DNA of 63,419 nucleotides, the filler included, from Octopus bimaculoides (taxonomy: Eukaryota), in assembly GCF_001194135.2 (NCBI RefSeq). It is 4 parts of 3 records of this genome, joined end to end, with 100 filler letters (N's around TTAATTAATTAA, not from the genome) between each part and the next. Parts side by side here need not be neighbours in the genome. Positions count along the whole stretch, not along the records: positions 9,985 to 39,169 come from NC_069001.1; 3 more parts are not named here. One strand, 5' to 3'. Under the pieces are notes generated by a model, which ran no database searches, was not told the origin of the DNA, and saw nothing but the letters and a program-made list of their open reading frames with translations. The position numbers and the translations under genes are program-made. Positions within the stretch are counted from its first letter, which is position 1, and each line of letters opens with the position of its first letter. This document shows, piece by piece, positions 12,275 to 24,790 of this stretch.

Positions 12275-12320
<46 letters not shown>

Positions 12321-12574
12321 TAGCAGTGGCGGAGATTGCTGTTGCTAATGTATTTTAACACCCGAACTACTCATCGATGTGAGGTTGTCTGATGAAGTCA
12401 TGTTCCAGCTTCTAAAATTGCTTCAAATTTGTTCAGGAAAACATATGACAACGTATTATCATGTTATCCACTTTGCTTATGTGAAGACCTGATACATTGG
12501 CTATGTCGTTTTTCTTTTATTTTTTATGATAGGCTTTGAAGAAATAAAAAAAAAAGCAAATAAGGTTCCAATGT

Positions 12575-13720
12575 AATCAGTTACGTATTCCCCATCTGAA
12601 TCAAAAACATTTTTCCAACGTTTTAAAAAGGTTTATTTTTTATGCCACTCCTATAGAAATTAGCTGGCTTAGAAGAGAAAAACTACTGAAAGTCCGTTGC
12701 AAGATCTTTTAAGGAATTGCTTTACTTTTGCATCAATAAAATCCTGCAAGCTTGGGAATAAATGATAATCAGGAAGGGCAAGGTCAGGAGAATACAGAGG
12801 ATGTACAAGCCTTTCCCCAATCTAGCTCCTCAGTCTTGATACATATGATTCTTGTACTATGGGGTTATGAAAGAAAATGATACCCTTTCGATTGACTAGA
12901 GAGCACAGTTTTTCTGTTAGTTTTTCTGTCAGTTTTTCTTTTTATTTGTTCATAGTTAACTTCAGCTGTAATTGTCTGTTTTAGTGACAAGGTTTCAAAG
13001 TGTATTATACCAAATTTGTCCCACCCAGCGCTTAACAAATATTTCTGGGGATAAATATCTTGTTTTTGGTCGGGTTTTACTTGTTCTCCCAGTCGCACCC
13101 ATTGACGTCGGCATTTAACATTCTTATAGAGTATACGCGTTTCATCAACGGTCACTAGGCAGTTCAAATAAGGAAATTTTCTTCTCATGTGAAAAAGAGC
13201 AATGCAGATATTGACACGTTCTTTTCAATCGCTATCACTCAGTTCATAAGAAACCCACAATTCTTAGTTCTTGCAAATGGCAATACACACTTGATGACGA
13301 TGAATTAACTTCTAACTTTCATCAGTTGCATATGGATTTCTTCCACTAGAGGCTTTTGGCACATCATTATCAAAAGACATAAGGTGCCAAGAGCGGCGGT
13401 TTCTTCCAATTGTTGAAATTTAGGAAGCCATCGTTGGCACTTGCGAATATTCAGGACACCATCGTATACTCTATGCATACTTTTTACAGCATTTGTTGCA
13501 TTGCCCCCTTTCTTTTAACTGATATATCTTACACGCTCTTCTATTATCTTCGTTTTCATAAGGGCATATTAAAGCAACTATTTTTTTTTGGGGTGTCTGC
13601 AAGGCAGAATCTATCTATCACAAGCTTTCCTTGCTCAGTGGTATTTATGCACCCAAGAAAAAATTTTGTTTAACCTAGTTAAAATATGTTTCAACAAGTA
13701 TGATATGAAAGAGGGCACTA
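12575..13720 (-). mobile_element. Decayed mariner (Mos1-like DD34D) transposase
   Basis: Minus-strand frames read KGGNATNAVKSMHRVYDGVLNIRKCQRWLPKF (HTH), LNCLVTVDETRILYKNVKCRRQWV (VTGDEKW), KYLLSAGWDKFGIIHFE, HPLYSPDLALPDYHLFPSLQ (YSPDL) and LLKRWKNVFDSDGEY. Frameshifted. Confidence 0.93.
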
Positions 13721-13929
13721 CTGATGGGATAACTTAATAGCATTTCTTTTAATATAGTAATTCGACAACTATTTCTAGCAGATCTATTTACGTTGTTTCT
13801 TTCGCTGTATTGAACTGTATCTTACGCCTGAAAGTTAAAGTTTAACTTTGGACGTACCATATTTAATATTTTTTGTGGTAAATATCAGTGGGTGTCAACC
13901 TCAACAGCTAGAAGATCTAAAATGTCTTG

Positions 13930-14460
13930 ACAATACCTGCTTTATCGGTCTTCCTAAATTAACTGTCAACTATAAATTCTGCAGAGTACAACTATAAAAT
14001 CCATGGTTTATACACAAAGCTATTCTTCATATAGATATTTCACAGATTCCTTGCACATCAAATAAACCTCCTATTAAAACCAATTTCATTTGGTCACAAC
14101 GTGGGCGATCCATTCCCATCCTACACGTAAATCACATTTAAATTATAAAATCGGTAAACAAGCTTTGTTTCAATATCACACTCACAAATAATACATTGGT
14201 TGTTGGACGTGCTTACAACAGGAGACTACGAGTCAAAGTTAATTAAAATAATTAACGTCATAATATCTGGATTTTTTGTACTGTAATAATAATTGAGAAA
14301 TAAGGATTATGTTACTCGAGATGAAATATCCCAACGATGTGGGTGTCCTTGAGTTACACAGAAGAGACGTAAGCGATTGCCAACAGGACGTGATGTGATG
14401 AAGAATTATCGCCATCTATAACCAAATCCTAGTTTCGTGTTTGAAAATTGATTATACAAG
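13930..14460 (+). repeat. Copy 2 of the triplicated R4-like unit
   Basis: TAAATTCTGCAGA...GATATTTCACAGATTCCTT...TTGGACGTGCTTACAAC...AATTAAAATAATTAAC...TTACTCGAGATGAAATATCCCAACGATGTG. Confidence 0.6.
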
Positions 14461-14574
14461 GTGTCCACAAGGTCTGGGTAAATAAAATATGTTAGCCCAC
14501 CGCCTTTTAAACGGTTACTATTACTAGCAAGCTGTATGCCATCATAAAGAACTACGCGTTTTTACTCGTACACT

Positions 14575-14577
14575 ACC

Positions 14578-14634
<57 letters not shown>

Positions 14635-14807
14635 CAGTAGTAGTAGTAGCAGTAGTAGTAGTAGCAGTAGTAGTAGTAGCAGTAGTAGTAGTAGCAGTAG
14701 TAGTAGTAGCAGTAGTAGTAGTAGCAGTAGTAGTAGTAGCAGTAGTNNNNNNNNNNNNNNNNNNNNNNNNNNNNNNNNNNNNNNNNNNNNNNNNNNNNNN
14801 NNNNNNN

Positions 14808-14874
<67 letters not shown>

Positions 14875-14880
14875 CAGTAG
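14575..14880 (+). repeat. Graded microsatellite: (AGT)n then (AGTAGTAGTAGC)n then gap then (AGC)n
   Basis: Read directly. The 12-bp higher-order period is visible from about 14635 to 14745. Confidence 0.95.
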
Positions 14881-14884
14881 CAGC

Positions 14885-15035
14885 GGCAGTAAGCAGCACT
14901 AGTATTTATTTTATCGACTTCGAAAGGATAAAATACAAAGTCTACCTCAACGGAATTTGAACACAGAAATGATTTCAGAAAACGGACGAAATATTTGCTA
15001 AGCATTGTGCCCGGCGTGCTAACGAATCTGCTAGA
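14885..15035 (-). mobile_element. SINE family A copy
   Basis: TTTTATCGACTTCGAAAGGATAAAATACAAAGTCTACCTCAACGGAATTTGAACACAGAA...GCTAAGCATTGTGCCCGGCGTGCTAACGAATCTGCTAG. Confidence 0.8.
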
Positions 15036-15419
15036 AGCACTAGCAACAGCGGATCCGACATGTTGCTCTTGTTTTATAGCACCATATCTTCTCTAGATAA
15101 GCAGGCGTTTGATGTATCCACGTAGTACCGCATCATTCAATTATGTAATATATTCTTCCTTCGAATGCACTATTGTTTCTGCCATTTCTAGCAAACCTGA
15201 TACCTACCTAAAATCTATTGTGTTTCACTGACTTTTCTGAATTAATTTCAGTTTAGCATCAAAGAAGCAAAACTTTTCGTTAGTTATAACATCATTTCGG
15301 TCGTTATTTTTAATTATTTGTTTAATCATTTTTTATTCTATTCTCTTATCTGTTGTAAGTGTATAATGTACAGTCGCCAGAAAAATGCAGATTTTTTTTT
15401 TCGCAGTAGTCTTATACAT

Positions 15420-16150
15420 GCCAGTCTTCCTAAATTAACTTGCAAGGATAAATTCTGCAGATTAAAGCTACATAATCCATGGATTATAGCCATGATCACC
15501 TTTCCACAGATATTTCACAGATCCCTTCCACGTCTCATAAGCGTCCAATTAAAACCAATTTCCTTTCGTCATAACGTAGGTGACACATTCATGTCATGTT
15601 CTGAAATCGCACCATTCAGACAATAAAATCCGTACGCAAACTTTGTTTTGATATCACAGTCAGGAATAATACAATGATTGGTGGACGTGCTTAAGACAGG
15701 GAGCACCAATAAAATTTAATTAAAATAATTAATTTCGCTGTCAGAATTTTCAGAATTATAGTGATTTCGGTTGAGAAATAATTATATTACCCAAGATGTA
15801 ATATCCAAATGATGTGAACGTGTTGGAGTTACGCAGAAACGACTTGAGCGCCAGCAGGGTGTGATATAATGGAAAATTCTCGCGATCTATAACTGAAGCA
15901 TAGTTTTCTGTTCGAAAACTGTGATTATATAACGCTTTTTCATCGCCGTCGTCGTCATTCGTGGTGTTTTTGTAGTTGCCGTTGTTGGGGCTTTTGCTTA
16001 ATTTGATGTCAGTGTTTATTGAGTGGTGATGTGATTAAAGGTGTTTCGTTGTTAAACATGACATTATTTTATATCATTTACTGAGCTGTATTTTTTGTTT
16101 TCTGAGACAACATTGTCCAAAATGTTGCTACGCGTTATACGACGGGTGTA
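15420..16150 (+). repeat. Copy 3 of the triplicated R4-like unit
   Basis: Same motif chain as copies 1 and 2. It also shares the downstream GTCGTCGTC tract and TCAGTGTTTATTGA...TTGTCCAA segment with copy 1. ORF 15318-15626 (KDKFCRL...FRHNVGDTF) lies here. Confidence 0.6.
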
Positions 16151-16297
16151 TGACACCTTTCTCTTTTATTATCTTAACAGTTTTATGCGGGGCGGGGGAG
16201 GGCATCGAGATATTTTGTTTAACGTTGTACTTAAGGTCATGCTTTCGAATCCTATCTCGTCCCGCAGTGGCTGGTATCTCTCACTGTTTTCTGTTTC

Positions 16298-16331
<34 letters not shown>

Positions 16332-16949
16332 ACCATACATTCCGTTGTATCTGAAATCACATTACGGCTGACTAAATCATATCTGATATTTCATTAGGCT
16401 ACTTTACCACATAAGTTCAAAATACCAATCAAATACCAAACCCGATTCTGTCACATATTTCGTAACCTTGTCCCAAAGTCGAAAATCAATACTGGACCGT
16501 CTGCATTGGAAAAAGAAAACCAGCCTATGTGACGAAACACGAATAACCTTTCACGATACACGAACGCTGCGATATGTCATATATCTCAGCAGTAAACTTG
16601 TCTAAATAAAAAGTCAATTTGTATTTTCATTTCTTTGGTTTTATATTTTTACTCCAAAATAAAATATCGATAATGTTTCCTGGCCCGTTTCAAAATTGTA
16701 ATTAATATATTAAATAATAATTTCTAACACAGACATAGGGCTATAAATTTTCAGTGACATAACAGTCGATTAAACCGATGCCAAAACTTTGAATGGATTT
16801 AATTTTATCGACTCTAGAAAAGCATGGAAATGAAATATTGACCCGGTAGTTCAACGCATTCTACGATTCACCCACTTCTCTTTCTAGAATTATAACATTG
16901 GTATCTATTTGGGGTAATAATCAATATTATATTTGGTAAGGTTGTGGTT

Positions 16950-17870
16950 CTTTTGTTATCTTGAGCAGGCCATTAACTGGCTCTGAGTGTGAGGATCAGG
17001 TGTTTAACGGTTTTGATGAATATAGTTATTTCATAGTTACCTCAACTTCCAGGTTTACTCTCTCCCAGCGTGGATTACCTTATATGGACATCAGTTAATG
17101 GTCAAATATCATAAGACTGTTTTCTGTGACTGAAACATACTGTACTTGTGGTAGAGCAGTTTCACAGACCCACCGATGTGTTAGCATTTTCTGATGTAAC
17201 GTGAAATACTTCTGCCAAAGTGTGGAATAGGACTTTTACTGCCAGGAAAAGGTTGGGAGAGTTGCTAGTGACTAGAATTATGGTATGGAGTTTGGGGATC
17301 TTAGGTAAGCAAATTTCAGCTAGGAAATTCATGAGGTTTGGGTATTATGGAGTTACTCCTTAGTTAGAAAAGCTCCCATCTTCGCCCTCTTCCCTCCGTG
17401 GTGTGCGAGTAACTATCATAAGCCTCATTTAGTGGCCAAGTAACAAAAAATGTTCGTGTGGCTAAATATAAGTTAGTTGTGGTCACTAGACATACATCAT
17501 ACAGGCTCACCGGTGTGTAGACATTAGCTGAGATTACGGGAAAAAGGGTAAGTGCTTAAAGGATGAACCCCAGTATACAGTTGAGGACAAGAGTTGTGCG
17601 GTAATTTGAGATGCTGAGCAAGACATCTAGCGTTCATCTAGTGATCAAGCTCCGACTGGAGTGTTCAGAAGATTTGGGTAGTATAGTGTTACCCTCATTC
17701 TATATCAGCTCTGGCTCCAAGGTGACAGACAGTACTATCTGTCAAATGAGAGCAGAGAGAATTGTGGCTGAGCAAACAGCACTCGCAGGAGAACTGGCTT
17801 TTAGACATATATCATTCGAATCTGTACCCCTACTTACGTGGGAAGTGGGTATTGTAGCTGAAAAAAAAAT
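16950..17870 (-). mobile_element. Very decayed LINE ORF2 remnant (APE endonuclease end to RT start)
   Basis: The minus strand is A/C-rich and broken frames give TLDVLLSISN...SDHN.LI, resembling the APE C-terminal LDL..TN/SDH motifs. Many stops and frameshifts. Confidence 0.38.
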
Positions 17871-18074
17871 ATAGGGGGCGCGCAGAACATTACCCTAGTT
17901 AACGGTAAATATACCGACGAAATAAGAAAGAAATGCCGCTGCATCTTAGACATGTAAAATCATGATCTTGGCGCGGATGTCGATGATTACATCGTCGCAG
18001 TACATGAAGACAGACAGAAAAATAGAGAATGCTGTCCCTATTGCGCACCAGTAAGTAAATGTTTATCAAGTGTG

Positions 18075-18330
18075 AAGGCGTGTGGCTTATTGGTTAAGGT
18101 ATTCGGTTAATGGTCATAAGTTCATGAGTTTGGTTCTTGGCGGCGTGTTGTGTCCTTGATTCGAGACAGTTTGTGTGTGTGTATATATATATATATATAT
18201 ACATACTCAGGTCCTTTATAGTCTTCTTCTGCAGAATTCTGTCTAAAGTCATTGGTTGACCCGAGCCTGTTGTAGAAATCATCTCCCCAAAGTACCGCGC
18301 AGTGGTACTAAACTCGAAATCACCTACTCA
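18075..18330. mobile_element. Two head fragments of SINE family C in opposite orientations around a (TG)(TA) tract
   Basis: GAAGGCGTGTGGCTTATTGGTTAAGGTATTCGG...GTGTCCTTGA (+), then GACCCGAGCCTGTTGTAGAAATCATCTCCCCAAAGTACCGCGCAGTGGTACTAAACTCG (-). Confidence 0.6.
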
Positions 18331-18879
18331 AAAGAAATGCACTACCTTAACTATATTGCTGTGCCTGCTGTACATTATAACAGAATAAATAATATTATGG
18401 TTCTGAGGGCGTTTCTGGAGGCAGAGCCCGTCAGACGCCATTTTATCAATTATGTGCATGTATTTATACAGGAAAAATTATTGATTTCTGGATTGCAAAT
18501 GCAAATAACAGGTTCCTCTATGCAATAGTGGAATAAACCATTACTTCTCGCATACGATTTCGTCGCAGTCAAAACAAAGAATTGTTACACCTTTCAGTGA
18601 CATTTCTGTGGCATATTGTATAACAGTCAGGAATTATTGGAAATAAAAAAAGGAAAGAAAATGTTATACCGTTCTATATAATGTATCGATTACTTTCAAA
18701 ACTGAACGAATAGAATATGTCGATATTTCAGTATTGATATTTTTGAAGGTCGCCGAATTAGTCAAAATGGTAAATTCCTCAGTCTATATATAATATACAA
18801 TACTGCGATTCATATTTATTCCTCTCTTTTTCGAAGTTTAGAAATGAAAGTGAATGGATCGGTGAGATGTTTCGTTTCT

Positions 18880-19008
18880 CTTTTATACGTCGTTGCAACC
18901 ACATGATTCCGGGTTCAGTCCCCCCTTGGGCAAGAGTCTTTTGTTATGGTCTCGGGCTGACCAAAGCCTTGTGAGTGGATTTGGTAGAGGAAAACTGAAA
19001 GAAGCCCG

Positions 19009-19010
<2 letters not shown>
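18880..19010 (+). mobile_element. SINE family C head (tRNA/CORE-like)
   Basis: CAACCACATGATTCCGGGTTCAGTCCC...TTGGGCAAGAGTCTT...CTCGGGCTGACCAAAGCCTTGTGAGTGGATTTGGTAGAGGAAAACTGAAAGAAGCCCG followed by a (TG/TA) tract. Confidence 0.85.
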
Positions 19011-19059
<49 letters not shown>

Positions 19060-19062
<3 letters not shown>

Positions 19063-19900
19063 CACCATGAGAACCGTCATCATCACCACCACAATCATCA
19101 TCATCTTCATCACCACAATCATCATCTCATTCCTCCTCCTCATCATCATCATCACCAGCACCACACTCATCATAAATATCATCAGCAGCAGCAGCACCAC
19201 CCCCACCACCACCATCGTTGTTGTTGTCGTCGACGTCCCCATTGTTGTTGCATGAATTCTGTCAACAAACTACCAAATAATAGATATTAAACATGAACGC
19301 TGTGTTATTATCTTAATTTTCTCTCTAAATCTCCTAAACTTATTATAGCTGACAAAGAAATCCGGATACAGTGTCAACAGTTATACGCATCAAGAAAACA
19401 ACTGATAGAAACATATATCCACTCAGGAACACGCGCGCGCGCGCGATGTATGTATGAATGAATATACACTGAAGATAAGAAACCATAAAAACATGTAAAT
19501 AATGTAGAAAAACAAAAACGCTTTTTTATACCGTGTAATATAATTTAAGCATCAGCGGTTTATTTTATTTGAGGTTAAATTTAATAATAATAATAATAAT
19601 AATGATAATAGTAATTCTAATAATAATAATGATAATAATAATGATACAAATGACAAAACGAAGTAGAAGAAAAACAAGAAGGAGAAGCAGAAGAAGGAAA
19701 AGGAGGGGATGAGAAGAAAAAGGAGAAGGAGATGGAAGAGGGAGAAAAAGAAAAAGGAGAAGTGGATTATTTCTTTTATAGTAATGAAAATACTACTAAT
19801 AATAATACCAATAGTAATAATGATAATTATAATGATGATGATGATGATTATAGTGATGATGATGATAGATATTTCTTTTATATTATCAAGAGCAATAACA
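19060..19900. repeat. Low-complexity trinucleotide mosaic (CAT/CAC/AAT/GAA/GAT)
   Basis: Read directly. It produces the poly-I/T/M/D/E ORFs in the track. Confidence 0.9.
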
Positions 19901-20852
19901 ATAATAGTCATTTTAAATTGTGATACGATTTATTTTAGACAACAGAAGTAGATATTGCAAAAACGCATACACAAACAAAAATGATAGAAAACACATGAAT
20001 AGATGCCCGTATGTAGCGGTATATTTATCATTGATTTTGGCATCGAATCAACAGCGACAAATACTCACTTAAATGAAAAGTTAAGTGTAATGTATCACCT
20101 CGTTTATAAATGAACCAACGAAAAGATACACACACAAAAAAAAAAAAAAGTATTACCGTAGCAAATGGAAAAACAACATCATGAACCACATGAAAAAAGA
20201 AAAATGAAGTTCAAATATAAACAAAGCCGATAATCGAGAAAAGCAATGTTTTCAATAAACTTATAAAGAGCATCGGAAAGAGTGACAAATATCAATAGGG
20301 GATAGCTACAAATGTTAACATTTGTTTAATTTTACAACATCGACATCTTTGATATACTTTTTTAGGAAAAATGTTTTCTTTGATTGTTTTTGTCATGCAT
20401 GTGTGTATGTTTATATGCGGGCATATAAAGAAAAGAGTATGAACTCGTGCATGTAGGTACGTACATACGTGCGTATATATGTATGTATATATATAGATAT
20501 ATATACATATATATGTATGTATATATATAGAGAGAGAGAGGGATATATATATATATATATATATACGTATACACACACACATATATATATATATATATGT
20601 ACGTATGTATGAACGTATGTGTACTTGTGTGTATGTATGCAAATGTAGTTTTTTGCTCATAGATGCAAGTATATATATGCAAACATATACACAAATATAT
20701 ACATATATAAACATACATATACCTGTTTGAGTTTACATACGAAGACATCAATATATATATATGTGTGTGTGTGTGTGGTGTATTCTTTTCTATGGGTGTG
20801 TGGGAATCCATGTACGTACAAAAACACAAAGCCGCACATATACACAAACACG

Positions 20853-20894
<42 letters not shown>

Positions 20895-22094
20895 TCTATG
20901 TATGTACGCATGTTTGTGCGCATATATGTATATATGTATATCTGCACGTATATATGTGTATCTGCGTGCAAAAAATCTATCAACGTAAAATAGGTTTGGA
21001 ATTAAAATTTATTCGATACGTTATTATGTTGGCAACTTTAAAACGAAACGTTCAACAATAACATCAGATAATTGCAATATTCCCTTGACATTTCGATTTA
21101 TATAAAACACTGGAAGTTGTAGATTTTCATCATTCCGCTTCATTGTTTCTGATCAATTTTTCTTTTTTTTTTCTGGACAACATTCACACGTATTTGCTTT
21201 CATTTTATTCTTCTTATTCTTCCAATTATTATTATCATTATTTATTTCTTAAACCTAATAGACTACTACACGAGTTGGACATCATCAGCTTCGACGTCGT
21301 TATCATCAACATTATTTTTTTGTTATTCATTTATTTAGTTTAGCATTTTATTATATGTAGACCCCCACAATTAGTCTTTGTTTTGTGACCCCCTTAACAT
21401 TCGCCCTGAAAGAAATCACCATCATCATCATCAGCAGCAGCAGCAACTTCATCATCATCATCATTATTATTATTATTATTATTCGCTTCAAATTCCGCCG
21501 AGGTCGGCTTTGCCTCCCAGCCTTTTCGGGTCGAGTAAATTAGTACCAGTTACGAACTAGGGGTCGATGTAATCGACTTAATCTATTCTCCCAAATTTGC
21601 GACCTAGCGCTTCCAGTAGACAGAATTATTATCATTATTATTATTATTATTATTTTTAGGGTGCCTGACCTAGTGGTTAGGGTGTTGATCTTACGATCGC
21701 CAAATCATGGTTTCAATTCCTAGACTCGTTGGTACGTTCTATTCTTGAACAAAATACTCCATCATTCCATGTTGCTCTGCGGTCATTTTGACACCCCACA
21801 CGTGGTACACCGTGCACCTATCCAGACAACGTCGATCTGATATCACACACATTTGATCACTATAATCAAATCATTTATACTGGTCGTTCAGTGGAAGTTG
21901 AACACCCATACAACGTCTTCGACGGAAGAATCCATCATTATTATTATTTTGACATGCATGTTAGATGCAACCACATGCCAGGACACACCCATTGCCCTAA
22001 AGTAAGTAAGGGTTAAAAGAAGTTGAAATGTAATTAAAATCTTGGAGGGGTCAGTTCCGAAGTGCTTTCATACAATACAACGCAAGTATTAAAA

Positions 22095-22560
22095 ATAATA
22101 GACTTTTTGTAATGCTATGGGCAGTAGTTGTTAGGACATTGATTTGAGTTTCTCTGAGATATGGCTCTCCTGGGATGTACGTCTAGACGTTTTGACATCA
22201 CTTTTCTTTTAATCAAACCTAGGGTACCTACAATAACAGGAACAGTTTTTGAGTTTTGTTGCCACGTGTTTGTATTTCAAATTCCTGGACCTTATATTTA
22301 CTAATTTACTCAAATTTATTTTATAGATATATATTTATCAATGGGAACACTTACATCTGTTAGTCCACTCATATTTTCGTCATTGTCTTTAATAAGTATG
22401 TGTTCCCTATTGGCTTGGATTGTTTTCCCATCCTAGACTGGAAATTCCCAGAAGATTTTGACATTTTTTACTTCCAACGACTGGCGCAGGAGGGTGTTCC
22501 AAGTAGTTAGCAGGAACGCCGATTTTGTAGTGTTTACATATTTTCCAATGTAAATACTAC
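22095..22560 (-). mobile_element. R4/Dong-type non-LTR retrotransposon, C-terminal restriction-like endonuclease (decayed)
   Basis: Minus strand reads VKIFWEFPV*DGKTIQANREHILIKDN...LTDVSVPIDKYISIK...TVPVIVGTLGLIK. This is the W(D/E)F.I..D..I.ANRPDI / ID(V)SVP.D / VP(V)IVG.LG motif chain. Confidence 0.88.
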
Positions 22561-22825
22561 CCTATCGTGGTGACATTTTGCATTCGTTTGCTGCTTATTG
22601 TCGTTGTTTTAGTAGTAAGGCAGTGACGTGACAGAGTCTTTAGCACGCCGAGCGGAATGCATGTTGGTATTTCGACTGTCGCTACGTTCCGAATCCAAAT
22701 ACCGACTTTGCCTGCATTCTTTCGGGATGGATAAATTAATTACCAGTGAAACACTGGTCGATGTAATCGACTAAACGCTCCTCTAAAATTTGAGACTTTG
22801 CGCCTATATTTAAAGGATTATAGCT

Positions 22826-24011
22826 AGAACTTTTTACCAGTGAGGAAAAACTGGAACGACATGAAATGATGAGCAAGGAGAGAGTACAATAGCTTCCAAC
22901 TTTTCCAGGAATTGAAACGGTAAACGTATGACCTTGAGCCAAGCACACTCTCCACACCAAGCTATGCATCGTGATATTTGGTATACGCCATTGTAATCCA
23001 GGCAGAGAGCTGGTAGAATTGGTAGCACGCCAGGCGAAATGCTTAGCGTCATTTCCTCCGTGTTTACGTTAAGTTCAAATTCCGCCGAGGTCAACGTTTC
23101 CCTTTATCTTTTCTGTGTCGGCAAATTAAGTACCAGTGTAACACTGGGATCGATGTCATTGACTAGTCTCCTCCCCTCAACTTTCAGACCTTATGCCTTT
23201 AGTAGAAAGGATTATAATTATTGTTGCAGCTGTTGTTACTATTGCTGTTGTTAAGGCGGTGATGTGGCAGAATTGTTAGCGGGCGAGGCGAAATGCTTAG
23301 CGGTAGTTCGCCCGTTGCTACGGTATCAGTTCAAATTCTGCCGATGTCGACTTTACCTTTCTCTCTTTCGGGGTCGATTAAACAAGTACCAATTACGAAC
23401 TGCAATCGGTGTAATCGACTTAATCCCCTCCCCCATGCTGCCTGCCCTCGTGGCAAAAAATTTGAAAACATTATTATAGTTGTTGTCATTATTATTATTG
23501 CTCTTGTTTTGTTGTTGTTGGTGGTAATGTTGCTGCTATTGTTGTAGATATTGTTATTATTCAGTTTCATTTTTATTGCGTGTCTTCACTAAATTATCGT
23601 GATCCGCTTTATTTGTCTTCGATATCCGTTGTTTATTGCTTTTACTTGCTGGTTTCTATTTAAGAGAATGTTAGCAATTTGCACTTTTGAGACGATTATA
23701 ATTTGGTGTCATATATCATACTTTTATCACTTGTTTTAAGTGCCGCTGTAGTCTCGGGTGAATACAGATATCTTCTCGCCACCTACATCGGCATTGACAC
23801 GATAGAAAAAACCAATCTCTGAAAGCTGAAGTGATTTATAGATACGCTAATACATAGCTAGTACTCTTTACCACTGAGGAAAAACTGGGACATGAATTGA
23901 TGAGCATGGAGAAAGTACAAAATGGAGAAACGACGAAACTATGACCTGGAGCGAAACACATTAACCACACCAGGTTACGCTTCGTGGTAGTTGGTATATG
24001 CCATTGTAATC
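22826..24011 (+). repeat. Diverged ~150-170 bp direct repeat pair (22826-22997 and 23868-24011)
   Basis: TTTACCA(G/C)TGAGGAAAAACTGG...ACATGAA.TGATGAGCA.GGAGA.AGTACAA...TATGACCT.GAGC...CCACACCA.G.TA.GC.TCGTG...TTGGTATA.GCCATTGTAATC is present in both. Confidence 0.85.
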
Positions 24012-24329
24012 TATTTGCTGAAAGACTTACAAAATACCTTGCGAAGAATAATCTTTTCTACTCTAGACGCAGGGCCTGAAATGTTGGGGTGAGGGGGCCA
24101 GTCGATTAGATCGACCCCAGTACGCAACTGGTACTTAATTTATCGACCCAAAAGGATGAAAAAGCAAAGTCGACCCCCCGGTGTAATTGGAAGTCAGAAC
24201 GTAAAAGACAGACGAAATAACTCTAAGCATTTCTCCCGGTGTGATAACGTTTCTGCCAGCTCGCATTGCGAAGAATAATCCCAAAATTATTTCTACACAG
24301 CACACACAAAACCGGAGATATCTTCTGTT

Positions 24330-24790
24330 TTCAGGGAAACCAAAATATAGCAAACTGCAGAGTGTGTGAAGACTGATAAGAAACAATCGCATTTTGCTCT
24401 GGCTGTCATTCTTACTCATGAAAGAATGCATTTCGAAATGCATAACGGATCGGGATTTACATATGCTGGAAATTGTGTCAGCGTTATAAAGTAACGAGAG
24501 AAAAAAGAAGTTTTATTAACATACACTAAATCAAATATCAGAGCAGGTCAAAGTAAGCGTTCTTTAGTAAATCTTAATCGGCACAGATAGTAGTATTACG
24601 GTTAAAAGATGGATATTGTCGTTAAGGATCACCAGAAAAAGTAAGTGATGCCTAGAAACTTGCAAACATTCACATTATAAAGAAAATGTTTGAACTAGGA
24701 ACTTCACTCGCAAAATGTAGGAATCAAGTACTGAGAAAAATATAAACTAGTCTACCATTCCATACAATGTCAGACCTTGTGATAAATTAG
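24330..24790 (+). mobile_element. Decayed R4/Dong-type zinc-knuckle plus REL fragment
   Basis: Broken frames read GNQNIANCRVCED, IYICWKLCQRYKVTREK and DIVVKDHQKK, matching CRxC...YIHWKLC..Y...PDIVVKD. Confidence 0.7.

Noticed and set aside
11230-16150. Triplicated unit as tandem paralogous genes (for example cephalopod receptor arrays)
   Set aside because: No frame is open across any copy, stops are shared, and no Cys-loop, GPCR or cadherin motifs are present.
16548-16601. Minus-strand exon candidate DKFTAEIYDISQRSCIVK
   Set aside because: The acceptor is good but the donor (gttatt) is weak, and its phase forces a stop in the 3816-3864 exon.
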